From Pseudomonas phage vB_PaeS-D14F, in the sequence record BK061479.1: a stretch of 39,504 bases of DNA. One strand, given 5' to 3'. Under the pieces are notes generated by a model that did no database searches, was not told the origin of the DNA, and worked only from the letters and a program-made list of their open reading frames with translations. Positions 26,981-35,519 of the stretch are shown in pieces. Position 1 is the first letter of the stretch. The number at the start of each line of letters is the position of its first letter. Both the position numbers and the translations under genes were made by a program.

Positions 26981-27862
26981 ATGTCCACGCACGAAGACCT
27001 GCTCCTGCAACTCATCCAGCGTGATCCCGGCAAGATCAGGAGCATCCTGGGGCTGTCTGCTCCAAAGCCAGACCTGTCCTGGTACAAAGGGGCAGACGTC
27101 TGGATTGAAGCTGGACACCGTAGCGACAGGGGCGCGGAACTACGCATAGCCTTCGGGGAACCTCTCCCAAGCGGCTATGCCGATTTCTGGATACCGTTCA
27201 GCGGACCGGATGGCAGCGCACTGGGCTGGCTGCGCTTCAGCTACATCACCACGGTACGGGAGAAGTCTCTGTTCACCGCCTCTGAATGGCGCTCCGCAGG
27301 CGAACCTGCGCCGGCCGAAGAGAGCCGCCTGGATCTGCCGATAGATTCGCTGCCTGGAGGATTCGTACCCGAGTCCAACGAAGGCGCGAATGACGAAATC
27401 AAACAGCAGATGCTTGCGCAAAGGCACGGCTGTTCGTCTCATCACCTGGAACGGTGGCTACAGGCCTTCGAGCGTCGAATAAAGGAACAGACTGCTCGGC
27501 TACTGGAACCTCTTATTGATCCTGCGGACTTTTGGGATCTGGTCTCGAAACCACGTTGTCCGGAACGTCCCCCTGCGCAGGCGCTGGAGGCCGAAGAGCC
27601 GGCCAAACCGGGGCCCCTGAAACACATCGCGTTTTCAGGGCCACAGCGTGTCTTGCTGGATCAGTTGGCGCAGTACTGGCTCAGGATCGCCGCAGTGTCG
27701 AAGCGCGAGGCTGAGGCGAACCCCAACCCGGACCGGAAGCGCGGGCTGGAGCTGAGGTACATGGCGCACTACAACTGCGCCGCAGAATTACAGAATCTGC
27801 TCAAGACCGGGGAGCTTCCGGGCCATCTCGGTTTTCAGGTACTCGCGCAACAGCCCGAATGA
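26981..27862 (+). CDS. hypothetical protein (293 aa), cargo gene in the divergent immunity region
   Basis: Track ORF 26909..27862. GAGGAG SD 9 nt before the ATG at 26981. GC3 ~65-70%. No recognisable motif. Confidence 0.6.
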   Translation: MSTHEDLLLQLIQRDPGKIRSILGLSAPKPDLSWYKGADVWIEAGHRSDRGAELRIAFGEPLPSGYADFWIPFSGPDGSALGWLRFSYITTVREKSLFTASEWRSAGEPAPAEESRLDLPIDSLPGGFVPESNEGANDEIKQQMLAQRHGCSSHHLERWLQAFERRIKEQTARLLEPLIDPADFWDLVSKPRCPERPPAQALEAEEPAKPGPLKHIAFSGPQRVLLDQLAQYWLRIAAVSKREAEANPNPDRKRGLELRYMAHYNCAAELQNLLKTGELPGHLGFQVLAQQPE

Positions 27863-27867
27863 CCAAG

Positions 27868-27906
27868 AGGCCAAGGGCTTCAGAATGACGTCCTTGGCCT
27901 TCTTCC
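27868..27906. terminator. hairpin between convergent genes (9-bp stem AGGCCAAGG/CCTTGGCCT, 15-nt loop, then TCTTCC)
   Basis: Inverted repeat 27868-27876 / 27892-27900 located 6 nt after the stop of the 293-aa ORF. Confidence 0.35.
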
Positions 27907-27917
27907 ACAGCGTGTCC

Positions 27918-28121
27918 TCACTTACCCAGCATACCCAAGAGCTGACGGTAGACTCCCTCGATAAGGTCGGGCAAGGGTGGAGTGCTCTCTCTTTCCTCGA
28001 TGCCGAACCAGTACTGTTCTCGGGAGTCCAGCATCTGGTTTTGGCTAGTGACATAAGTCGTCACCAACTGCACAGCCAACTTCATGATTTCTCGCCTGGT
28101 TTCTTCACTGAAATCATTCAT
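27918..28121 (-). CDS. small helical protein (67 aa) co-transcribed downstream of the repressor
   Basis: Track ORF 27918..28229. The ATG at 28121 has a GGAG SD 8 nt upstream and lies 20 nt after the repressor stop. Confidence 0.45.
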   Translation of the reverse strand: MNDFSEETRREIMKLAVQLVTTYVTSQNQMLDSREQYWFGIEERESTPPLPDLIEGVYRQLLGMLGK

Positions 28122-28140
28122 CGCAGCATCTCCGTAATCA

Positions 28141-28650
28141 TCATTCGCCGCCTTGGCGTTTCTCTTTCGCACGGTCCTTGTGCGCCAGAGCACTCGCTGT
28201 GCTCTCCATGGCTCTCCGTCCTTCTTCATCTGATCCCCGATAGTTCTCGATCAGGGCCTTTTCTCGCTGATTGAGCCTGTACTCGCCAAGCGGTTCAGCG
28301 ACGACTGAGCGTGTGACTGGATTGATTTTTTCGGTCATATGTTGCGATGGCGCAACATATGCCTGATCAGTAGCGAGCGGCGCTCGCTGACCTGTCAATA
28401 CATAAAGAACATCAACTCCGGCCGCCGCAATGGCGGCCAGGTATGCGGCATCTGGATGCCGCTCATCCTTCTCGTAGTTGATCTGCGCGCGCTTTTGCAC
28501 CCCGCCGACCTCAGCAAAAGAGGACTGGTTCATTCCTTTCCTCTCGCGCTCTTCCCTTAATCGTTCGCCGATGGTGCTCAAATGATCACCTTTCGCTTGC
28601 AATGTGCACGAATGAACACCATAATCAATCCAACAAAACACAAACATCAT
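28141..28650 (-). CDS. phage repressor c, XRE-family HTH (track start ATG 28650; alternative TTG start at 28581)
   Basis: HTH_3 motif IGERLREERERKGMNQSSFAEVGGVQKRAQINYEKDERHP. No S24 peptidase motif. Faces Ner-like gene. Confidence 0.8.
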   Translation of the reverse strand: MMFVFCWIDYGVHSCTLQAKGDHLSTIGERLREERERKGMNQSSFAEVGGVQKRAQINYEKDERHPDAAYLAAIAAAGVDVLYVLTGQRAPLATDQAYVAPSQHMTEKINPVTRSVVAEPLGEYRLNQREKALIENYRGSDEEGRRAMESTASALAHKDRAKEKRQGGE

Positions 28651-28677
28651 TCAGCAACCAGTCAAGGAGCCACCGCC
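28582..28677. promoter_or_regulatory. early promoter/operator region (Pe-like): -35 TTGCAA at 28597-28602, 17-bp spacer, -10 CATAAT at 28620-28625; direct repeats AATGATCACC and AATGAACACC
   Basis: Sigma70-like hexamers positioned upstream of the ner-like ATG at 28678. 10-bp direct repeats at 28581-28590 and 28611-28620. GTGCAC/TTGCAA dyads. Confidence 0.45.
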
Positions 28678-28887
28678 ATGGCTACCCAGAAGGCACTGAC
28701 CCCTGACCAGGTCAAACAGCGTTTCCGCCAGCGCGGAATCACCATTACCCAGTGGGCCGCAGAGCACGGTTACAAGCGCAACGCTGTGTACCGCGTGCTC
28801 AACGGCTTCGACAAAGCCAACTACGGCCAGGCCCACGACATCGCCGTAGCCCTCGGCCTCAAGGCCTGCGACCCCGTCGCCGCCTAA
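28678..28887 (+). CDS. Ner/Cro-like small DNA-binding protein (69 aa)
   Basis: Track ORF 28582..28887. AGGAG SD 8 nt before the ATG. Size and position opposite the repressor. Confidence 0.6.
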   Translation: MATQKALTPDQVKQRFRQRGITITQWAAEHGYKRNAVYRVLNGFDKANYGQAHDIAVALGLKACDPVAA

Positions 28888-28932
28888 TTCTTTCACCTCC
28901 AACAACAGCAGTGAGGGACACCGCCATGTCCA

Positions 28933-29253
28933 TCAATCGTTTTCAGGCTTCTGGCCAGCGCCTGGCTGCTTGGGCTCGCCAGCAAGGCTTGGTGCCGGCA
29001 TCAGTTGAAACCTTGAACGCCGCAGCAGCACCTCGGGTTCATCAACCAGCATCCCAAGCATTCGCTGAAACAGCACGTCCTGAAGCGAGTCCGGTTCTAT
29101 CTGCTGGTTGTGCCAGTCCGCAAGTAGACGGGCGTACTCCGCTGTATCCAACTGCCCCGTCTTGCCCAGTGCCAGCACCAACGCCTGAAGCAGTTGCATC
29201 AGTCCCTCGATGCCTTCCAGAGCCCAGTCCCGGCCCGTTTCCTGTTCTTCCAT
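28933..29253 (-). CDS. hypothetical protein (106 aa) antisense within the early arm
   Basis: Strong SD TAGGAGGA 4 nt before the ATG. GC3 ~70%. The overlapping plus-frame ORF has a low-GC3 Pro/Ala-rich stretch, suggesting that frame is an artefact. Confidence 0.35.
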   Translation of the reverse strand: MEEQETGRDWALEGIEGLMQLLQALVLALGKTGQLDTAEYARLLADWHNQQIEPDSLQDVLFQRMLGMLVDEPEVLLRRSRFQLMPAPSLAGEPKQPGAGQKPEND

Positions 29254-29279
29254 CCGTCCTCCTACCGAGGGTCACCGCC

Positions 29280-29774
29280 ATGACCGACCAACCGCAACTC
29301 ATGACCGAAGAGATCGAATTGATCCCTCATCCCATGGACGCCTGGCGCGCCGCACTCAACGCGCTGATCGCCTGCGCCCCTGGTGACAGTGCAGCCATCG
29401 CCGTACACCTGGCCGAAGCCCGCCAGCAGGCCCTGGTGTTCGTCGATCGCACTGCTGCCACCGAAGGCACCCGCAAATTGGTCGACCGTCTGATGCTGAT
29501 CGGCGCCGGCCGACTGGTCAGCGACCGCCCGTCAACGGAAGCCCTGCTGGCAGCAGCCACCCGCACCAACGGCAAGTGCCTGCTGACCGCAACAGAGGCC
29601 GCCATGCGCACGGCAGTCCACAACTGGAGTGCGCCAAAGGTGCAACTAGCCATCCGCGATATCAACGCCCTAAGCCCCGAAGATATGCGTCTGGTAATCC
29701 AAGACGTTCTGCGGCGCCAGAGCCTGGAGCAGCAAGACAGCCTTGTCGAGGCTGATATCGGCACGGCGCGTTAG
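29280..29774 (+). CDS. hypothetical early protein (164 aa)
   Basis: GAGGG SD plus CACCGCCATG context shared with the ner-like gene. GC3 ~80%. Confidence 0.6.
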   Translation: MTDQPQLMTEEIELIPHPMDAWRAALNALIACAPGDSAAIAVHLAEARQQALVFVDRTAATEGTRKLVDRLMLIGAGRLVSDRPSTEALLAAATRTNGKCLLTATEAAMRTAVHNWSAPKVQLAIRDINALSPEDMRLVIQDVLRRQSLEQQDSLVEADIGTAR

Positions 29775-30053
29775 CAGCCCATCGGTGATGCAAATGACCT
29801 CCCATCCAGCGCTCTCACCGACAAGTAGGCGGGGGACTGCGTCCAGTGTTCTGGTCAACAGCTCGGCAACCTCTGGGCTGTCGATCAACCAGAGCGCGGC
29901 TGCTTCACTGTCGGGCCGCCCGTGCTGGTCGACGAAACGGTGGTTGAGCCAAGCCCTGTCTGGCCCCGCCGAGAAGTTGATATCGCCATGCACAAGGTGA
30001 GCGTCTCGCTGCACGTCGACGCGGGATTCACGGATGGTCAGTTGCACGTACAT
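29670..30053 (-). CDS. hypothetical protein (127 aa), antisense in the early arm and divergent from the CII-like gene
   Basis: Track ORF 29670..30224. ATG at 30053 with GAGGA SD 6 nt upstream. GC3 ~75%. Its 3' end overlaps the 164-aa gene by 105 nt. Confidence 0.45.
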   Translation of the reverse strand: MYVQLTIRESRVDVQRDAHLVHGDINFSAGPDRAWLNHRFVDQHGRPDSEAAALWLIDSPEVAELLTRTLDAVPRLLVGESAGWEVICITDGLLTRRADISLDKAVLLLQALAPQNVLDYQTHIFGA

Positions 30054-30172
30054 GGTTTGTCCTCGCAGTGAATGTACCCCAACAGAGTGGCCATTTGGTA
30101 ACGACATTGCCAAGGGCAAAACAGAGTTTTTGATTGGAAGCCGCCTCAGACGGCCCAAAGGAGCCCCATCCA
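30054..30172. promoter_or_regulatory. divergent intergenic region with dyad TTGCCaagGGCAA
   Basis: 119 bp between the starts of the minus 127-aa ORF and the plus CII-like gene. Short inverted repeat near 30098-30110. Confidence 0.3.
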
Positions 30173-30661
30173 ATGAAGCGCCGAAATTGGAAACACTGGG
30201 TGCCGCGCTCGCCAGCCGACGCACTGGACGGCTGCGCGCAGCTGGCCATGCAGCGCTACAACCGAGGAATCGAACGTTTGGCCTGTGATCACCTGGGCCA
30301 GAACAACCACAGTTCTCTCTATAAGTGGATCGGCAACGGCCGCCTGCCGCTGAGCCTGATCCTGCCGCTGGAGCACGCGTGCGGCCTGCCGCTGATCACC
30401 CGCTACCTGGCCGCCGCTCACGGCAAGCTCCTGGTCGACATCCCGGTTGGCAAGGCCTGCAACGCCAGTGACCTGCAGCAGCTGCAGGGCGTGCTGCACA
30501 ACGCCACCGGCGCGCTGATGGCCTTCTACGACGGCAAGCAAACCGCCGAACAGACCCTGGACGCCATTCGCGCCGGCCTCGAATCCCTCGCTTGGCACCA
30601 CGGCAACGTCGCCCAGGCAGAAACCCCTCAACTGGACTTTGGAGTGGCTGACGATGAGTGA
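30173..30661 (+). CDS. CII-like transcriptional regulator candidate (162 aa)
   Basis: AAAGGAG SD. Segment SSLYKWIGNGRLPLSLILPLEHACG resembles the lambda CII core SQISRWKRDWIPKFSMLLAVLEWG. Confidence 0.45.
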   Translation: MKRRNWKHWVPRSPADALDGCAQLAMQRYNRGIERLACDHLGQNNHSSLYKWIGNGRLPLSLILPLEHACGLPLITRYLAAAHGKLLVDIPVGKACNASDLQQLQGVLHNATGALMAFYDGKQTAEQTLDAIRAGLESLAWHHGNVAQAETPQLDFGVADDE

Positions 30662-30914
30662 GTCCATCAACCTGCAGGCGCTGCTGTCGCGCCTGGACGA
30701 GCAAGCCTATGAGCAGCTCTGCATCGAAGCTGCGCGCCTTGCCGAAGAGAACGAGTACCTGCGCACCGAGCTGACCCGCATGGAGGAATGTGCCGAAGGA
30801 TGGTGCAACGAGGCCCAGCGTCTCCATCAGCAACTGGCGGAAGCCACCGGTGGCCAGGCCGCTATCACCCAATCCGGCGCCCTGATCGTCATTCCGATGG
30901 AGCGCTGCGCATGA
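30654..30914 (+). CDS. small acidic coiled-coil protein (86 aa)
   Basis: ATG at 30654 overlaps the upstream stop. GGAG SD. E/Q-rich. Confidence 0.5.
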   Translation: MSESINLQALLSRLDEQAYEQLCIEAARLAEENEYLRTELTRMEECAEGWCNEAQRLHQQLAEATGGQAAITQSGALIVIPMERCA

Positions 30915-31210
30915 GCACCAAACGCACCCACGACAGCGTCAGCCGCGCCCTGCGAGTACTCAAGGCCCTGCGCGGCCACACCCTCAATGGGCTGAGTAAC
31001 GCCGAGCTGGCCAAGGCGCTGGGCGAGAGCCCGGCGAACATCACCCGCTACATGGACAGCCTGATCGAGGCCGGCTTCGCCACTCGCCTCGACAGCGGAC
31101 GCTTCGCCCCGAGCATCGGCTTTCTGCAATACGCGATGGCCACCGCCGAGGAGCTGCAGCGCGGCGCCGCACGCATCAACGAGATCCAGGCGCGCATCAG
31201 CGCCCACTAA
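30911..31210 (+). CDS. small winged-helix HTH regulator, IclR/MarR-like (99 aa)
   Basis: ATGA overlap with the upstream gene. HTH LSNAELAKALGESPANITRYMDSLIEAG. Confidence 0.55.
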   Translation: MSTKRTHDSVSRALRVLKALRGHTLNGLSNAELAKALGESPANITRYMDSLIEAGFATRLDSGRFAPSIGFLQYAMATAEELQRGAARINEIQARISAH

Positions 31211-31267
31211 ACAAGGAGCAACACCCATGAACTATCGGAAATCGGCTGGTGATCGGAGGGTTGCCTG

Positions 31268-32224
31268 ATGGCTCGCAAATCACAAGCCGCTGTTGAACTG
31301 CTCGAAGATGACATCGAGCAAGGTCAGGCCCTGCTAGCCAAGCAGCACCAAATGGCCGCGCTCAACACCGAACACGACAACCAGGTCCGCGCTGTGGCTG
31401 CACAACTGGGCTATCAACTACCGGCCGATTGCACGGACCCAGACCTGATCCAACGCGACATCGCCGCCAACATGCGCCGCAGCGTAGAGGCTTGCCTTGA
31501 AGTGGGGCGTGGGCTGCAAGTGCTCAAGTCGGCATGCATCCATGGCAGCTTTATCGAGCGACTGAATGCGTTGGGACTTGAGCGCACAGTTGCCTTCCGC
31601 TTCATGGACGCTGCGACCAAATTCTCTGCGCTCGGTAGCAACGCCACTTTGACGAAGGCCATTGACAGCCAGTCGAAGCTCTTCGAAATGCTCGTCCTGG
31701 AGGATGAAGAGATCCAGGAGCTGGAACTCACTGGCCAGACCGGCGAGCTGAGCATTGACGATGTGGCCACCATGTCGGTCAAGGAATTGCGCAAGGCCCT
31801 GCGCGAAGCCCGCGAAGACAAGAAGGCCCTCGCCCAGGTCAACGCCGACAAGAACACCAAGATCGACGAACTGGCTGCTCAACTGGCGCGAAAGCCGCTG
31901 GTGGTCGTACAGCCGATGGATGAGCAGTTGGCCGAACGACGCGAAGAACTCGCTACCAAGGCCACCGCGGCCGAAGCCGCCATTGCCGGTGCACTGCATC
32001 CAGCCGTGCAACTGCTGGTCGAGAAAGGCGAAGAGTCCGGGCAAGACCAGCGTCCGATCATCGCCGGCATGCTCGCCCAGGTAGAGCGGGCACTGCTGCA
32101 AATCCGCGCTGAATACAACATCCCCGCCACGCCGTCCGCCAGTGCCACACCGACCTGGATGGCTGATGACAGCGAGGAGGCGGTGAAGGCCGCGTTGGCC
32201 GAAGCCGCCAAGCAGGGTGAGTAA
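31268..32224 (+). CDS. DUF3102-like protein commonly found upstream of Mu-type transposase genes (318 aa)
   Basis: GGAGGG SD. Position immediately before the A gene. Family assignment is from memory. Confidence 0.55.
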   Translation: MARKSQAAVELLEDDIEQGQALLAKQHQMAALNTEHDNQVRAVAAQLGYQLPADCTDPDLIQRDIAANMRRSVEACLEVGRGLQVLKSACIHGSFIERLNALGLERTVAFRFMDAATKFSALGSNATLTKAIDSQSKLFEMLVLEDEEIQELELTGQTGELSIDDVATMSVKELRKALREAREDKKALAQVNADKNTKIDELAAQLARKPLVVVQPMDEQLAERREELATKATAAEAAIAGALHPAVQLLVEKGEESGQDQRPIIAGMLAQVERALLQIRAEYNIPATPSASATPTWMADDSEEAVKAALAEAAKQGE

Positions 32225-32228
32225 GCCT

Positions 32229-34007
32229 ATGAGCGCCGTGATGACTCAACGCCTCGTTGCCCTGGCACACGAGCTGGATCGCTCCACCGCGAGCAGAACA
32301 GAGCTGTGCCAAGCGGCGGCGGACGATCTGCGCATCTCCCTGGCGACTCTGTACCGGAAATTGAAGGAGGTCACTGTGACCCAGCCCCGAAAGAAGCGGG
32401 TCGACGCCGGCACCTCAGCGCTGACTCGCGATGAGGCGGAGCTACTCAGTACCACGCTGATCCGCTCCATCCGCGATAACGACAAGCAACTCAGCACCCT
32501 GGAGCGCGCCGTCGAGCGTCTTCGCAACAACGGCAAGATCGTCGCAGGCTCTGTGAATCACCGTACTGGTGAAGTCACGCTCATGTCGCTCAGCGCTATA
32601 GGCAGGGCCTTGCGTGCCTATGGCTTGCACCCTGAGCAACTGCTGCGCCCGGCCCCTGCGGTCGAGTTGGTCAGTCTGCATCCCAACCACGTCTGGCAGA
32701 TCGACGCCTCAATCTCCACTCAGTTCTACCTTGCCAATGACGGCGCGCGCGCCATGAATAAGGCCGAGTTCTACGACGGCAAGCCAGAGAATCTCAAGCG
32801 CATCGAGAAGCAGCGCCTGTGGCGCTACGTCATCACGGACCACACCAGCGGCACCCTGTACGTACATTACGTGCTCGGTGCTGAAAGCGCGGAGAACCTC
32901 TGCCATGTACTGATCAGCGCGATGGTCAAGCGTGGTGATACCGACCCGTTCCATGGCGTGCCCTTCATGATCATGACCGACCCCGGTGCGGCCATGACCT
33001 CCTCGATGTTCCGCAACCTGTGTCGCGCCCTGGGCATCGAACTGATCATCAACAAAGTCGGTAACGCACGCGCCAAGGGCCAGGTCGAGCAGGCCCACAA
33101 CATCGTCGAGCGGGAGTTTGAAAGTGGCCTGCAACTGATGCAGAAACCGCGCACTCTGGACGAGATCAACGGGCTGGCCGGACGCTGGATGCGGCACTAC
33201 AACGCCACCGCCATCCACACCCGACATCACCGCACTCGCTACGCGGCCTGGATGACGATCAAGCCTGAGCAACTGCGCATTGCACCGCCTGCAGAGACGA
33301 TGCGCGAACTGGCCATTGCCGCACCGGAGAAACGCAAGGTTTCTGCCCGGCTGCGGGTGCCGTTCCGCGGTGCCGAATACGACGTGTCCGTTATCCAGCA
33401 CTTGCAGGTCGGTGACCAGGTGCTGGTTACCCGCAACCCGTTCCGCGATGCGGATAGCGCTCAGGTTGTGCTTGTTGGAGAAGACGGCCGCGAGCACTAC
33501 CAGGTGGTCGAGCGTGTTGAGCGTGATGACAACGGATTCGCTGCCAACGCTGCCACTCGCCGAGTGATTGGCGAAGGGCACCAAGCCTTGCCGGAGACGG
33601 CCGCGCAGAAGGACCGCAAGCACCTGGACCAACTCGCCACCGGCACCAGCTCGGTCACGGAGGCAGAGAAGGCGATCAGGTCGCGAGCAGTGCCGTTCAA
33701 CGGCGAGATCGATCCGTTCAAGGAACAGGCCAACACCGTGTTGCCAACCTACCTGCCCAAGCGCGGTACCGAACTGGAGACCCGCGTCACCGTGGCTGGC
33801 TTGGCCTCGGTCGAGCTGAAACCACTGAACCGCATCGAGCTAGCCAAGGCGCTGCGCGCACGTCTGGGTACAGCCTGGACACCGGCATCTATGGAATGGC
33901 TCAAGACCAACTACCCGGAAGGCGCTATGGAGGAGCACCTCGACAGCATCGTTCAGCAGTTGCAGGCACCTGCACGCCCAAGCCTGCGCCTGGTAGGGGG
34001 TGAGTAA
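32229..34007 (+). CDS. MuA-like DDE transposase (592 aa from the ATG at 32229)
   Basis: Track ORF 32217..34007 begins at GTG 32217. First ATG at 32229, preceded by a GGGTGAG SD. Retroviral-integrase-like catalytic core region. Followed by the MuB-like gene. Confidence 0.85.
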   Translation: MSAVMTQRLVALAHELDRSTASRTELCQAAADDLRISLATLYRKLKEVTVTQPRKKRVDAGTSALTRDEAELLSTTLIRSIRDNDKQLSTLERAVERLRNNGKIVAGSVNHRTGEVTLMSLSAIGRALRAYGLHPEQLLRPAPAVELVSLHPNHVWQIDASISTQFYLANDGARAMNKAEFYDGKPENLKRIEKQRLWRYVITDHTSGTLYVHYVLGAESAENLCHVLISAMVKRGDTDPFHGVPFMIMTDPGAAMTSSMFRNLCRALGIELIINKVGNARAKGQVEQAHNIVEREFESGLQLMQKPRTLDEINGLAGRWMRHYNATAIHTRHHRTRYAAWMTIKPEQLRIAPPAETMRELAIAAPEKRKVSARLRVPFRGAEYDVSVIQHLQVGDQVLVTRNPFRDADSAQVVLVGEDGREHYQVVERVERDDNGFAANAATRRVIGEGHQALPETAAQKDRKHLDQLATGTSSVTEAEKAIRSRAVPFNGEIDPFKEQANTVLPTYLPKRGTELETRVTVAGLASVELKPLNRIELAKALRARLGTAWTPASMEWLKTNYPEGAMEEHLDSIVQQLQAPARPSLRLVGGE

Positions 34008-35176
34008 TGCTGCGCCTGAAGGAAGTACTCGCAACCCTCAGCCTTGGCCAGGCTGATCTGGCCAGGGCGATGAAGCTCAGCCCGGCAGCCATCGCCCAGT
34101 TGGTCAATCACGACCAGTGGCCCAAGTCCATCGACAAGCAGGAGCTGTGGGGCCGTATGGCCGACTGGCTCTATGACGTTGGTGCGCAAGACGGCGACAT
34201 CGCCGCCTTGGAAGAAGAAGTGGAGTCGCCGCGCGCCAACGCGGCGACTCCAGCAACCCCGGAAACCAATCACGAAAACCAGGAGTGCCCCGACATGCTA
34301 ATGGCAAAACAATCCCTGCGGCCAGACACCAAGCGCGCCTTCGGCGTGATGGTCGACCCGTTTGGCGATCTACGCTGCGCCGAAGACATGTATTTCAGCG
34401 GCGATATTCGCTACATCCGCGAATCGATGTACCAAACCGCACGCCATGACGGCTTCCTCGCCATCGTGGGCGAGTCCGGTGCCGGCAAGAGCACTCTGCG
34501 TCGCGATCTAACCCACCGTCTGCGCAACGAGCCGGTCATCACCATCGACCCCTTCGTAGTTGGCATGGAAGCCAACGACATCAAGGGCAAGACCCTGAAG
34601 GCGACTCACATCGCCGAAGCCATCATGTATGCCGTGGCACCGCTGGAAACACCTAAGTCCAGCCCCGAAGCTCGCTTCCGCCAGGTCCACACCTGCCTCA
34701 AGAACTCATACGCAGCCGGCAACCGTCATGTCGTGATCATAGAAGAGGCGCACTCGATCCCGACCCAGACCCTCAACCACCTCAAGCGCATGCGCGACCA
34801 GTTCGAGGACGGATTTGACAAACTGCTCAGCATCATCCTGATCGGTCAGCCCGAACTGCTCATCAAGCTGTCGCCACGCAACGCCGACGTGCGCGAAGTA
34901 GCCCAGCGGGTCGAGATCGCCATCTTGCCGGCCATCCCCTCGGGTGACGTAGAACAGCACCTGGCATTTCGTGTCGGCCGCGCCGGCAAGAAGCTGGACG
35001 AACTGATCGATCAGGGTGGCATCCACGCCATCGTTGAACGCCTCGCCAGCTCCGGCAAGGACGGAACCAGCCAGCTCTATCCGTTGGCGATCGGAAACCT
35101 CTTCAACGCAGCGCTGAACCTGGCTGCCGAGATCGGTGAAAGCCGCATTACCGCTGATGTGGTCAAGGGGGTGTGA
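34007..35176 (+). CDS. MuB-like AAA+ transposition protein (389 aa)
   Basis: Walker A GESGAGKST. N-terminal HTH. TAATG overlap with the transposase gene. Confidence 0.85.
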   Translation: MLRLKEVLATLSLGQADLARAMKLSPAAIAQLVNHDQWPKSIDKQELWGRMADWLYDVGAQDGDIAALEEEVESPRANAATPATPETNHENQECPDMLMAKQSLRPDTKRAFGVMVDPFGDLRCAEDMYFSGDIRYIRESMYQTARHDGFLAIVGESGAGKSTLRRDLTHRLRNEPVITIDPFVVGMEANDIKGKTLKATHIAEAIMYAVAPLETPKSSPEARFRQVHTCLKNSYAAGNRHVVIIEEAHSIPTQTLNHLKRMRDQFEDGFDKLLSIILIGQPELLIKLSPRNADVREVAQRVEIAILPAIPSGDVEQHLAFRVGRAGKKLDELIDQGGIHAIVERLASSGKDGTSQLYPLAIGNLFNAALNLAAEIGESRITADVVKGV

Positions 35177-35177
35177 G

Positions 35178-35519
35178 ATGAACGTCGTACCGATCACTGG
35201 CCGCCTCCCTGAAGAGCAGCCGAAAGCTACTCATCTGCCGCTCTGCACAGTACTGACGCCAGAGCTGGCCCGCTGCCTGGAGGCCGTCAACAGCGCCACC
35301 CGCGCCTTGCGCCAGGCCGGCATTCCGATTGAGCAGACGTCGGTGCTCGATCGCCGCCTGTTCATCCGCGAAGAGGATTCGTTGCGGCTGCACCGCCGCT
35401 TCCGCAACGCCATCCGCGGTATTCGCCAGACCACTCACGGGAAGGTCACCGTCCATGTCGTCAGCCTGCTCGGTGTTGACGTGGCCTGGACGACCCCGGT
35501 GAAGGAGCAAGACCAATGA
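35178..35519 (+). CDS. hypothetical early protein (113 aa)
   Basis: AAGGGGGTGTGAGATG junction. Track ORF 35136..35519. Confidence 0.5.
   Translation: MNVVPITGRLPEEQPKATHLPLCTVLTPELARCLEAVNSATRALRQAGIPIEQTSVLDRRLFIREEDSLRLHRRFRNAIRGIRQTTHGKVTVHVVSLLGVDVAWTTPVKEQDQ

Noticed and set aside
28752-29774. 340-aa plus-strand ORF running through ner into the 164-aa gene
   Set aside because: Its first part is out of frame with the better-supported ner-like ORF (RBS, HTH). Its middle is Pro/Ala-rich with very low GC3 (~30%) in a ~64% GC genome, typical of an antisense artefact. I kept only the 29280..29774 segment and the antisense 106-aa ORF.
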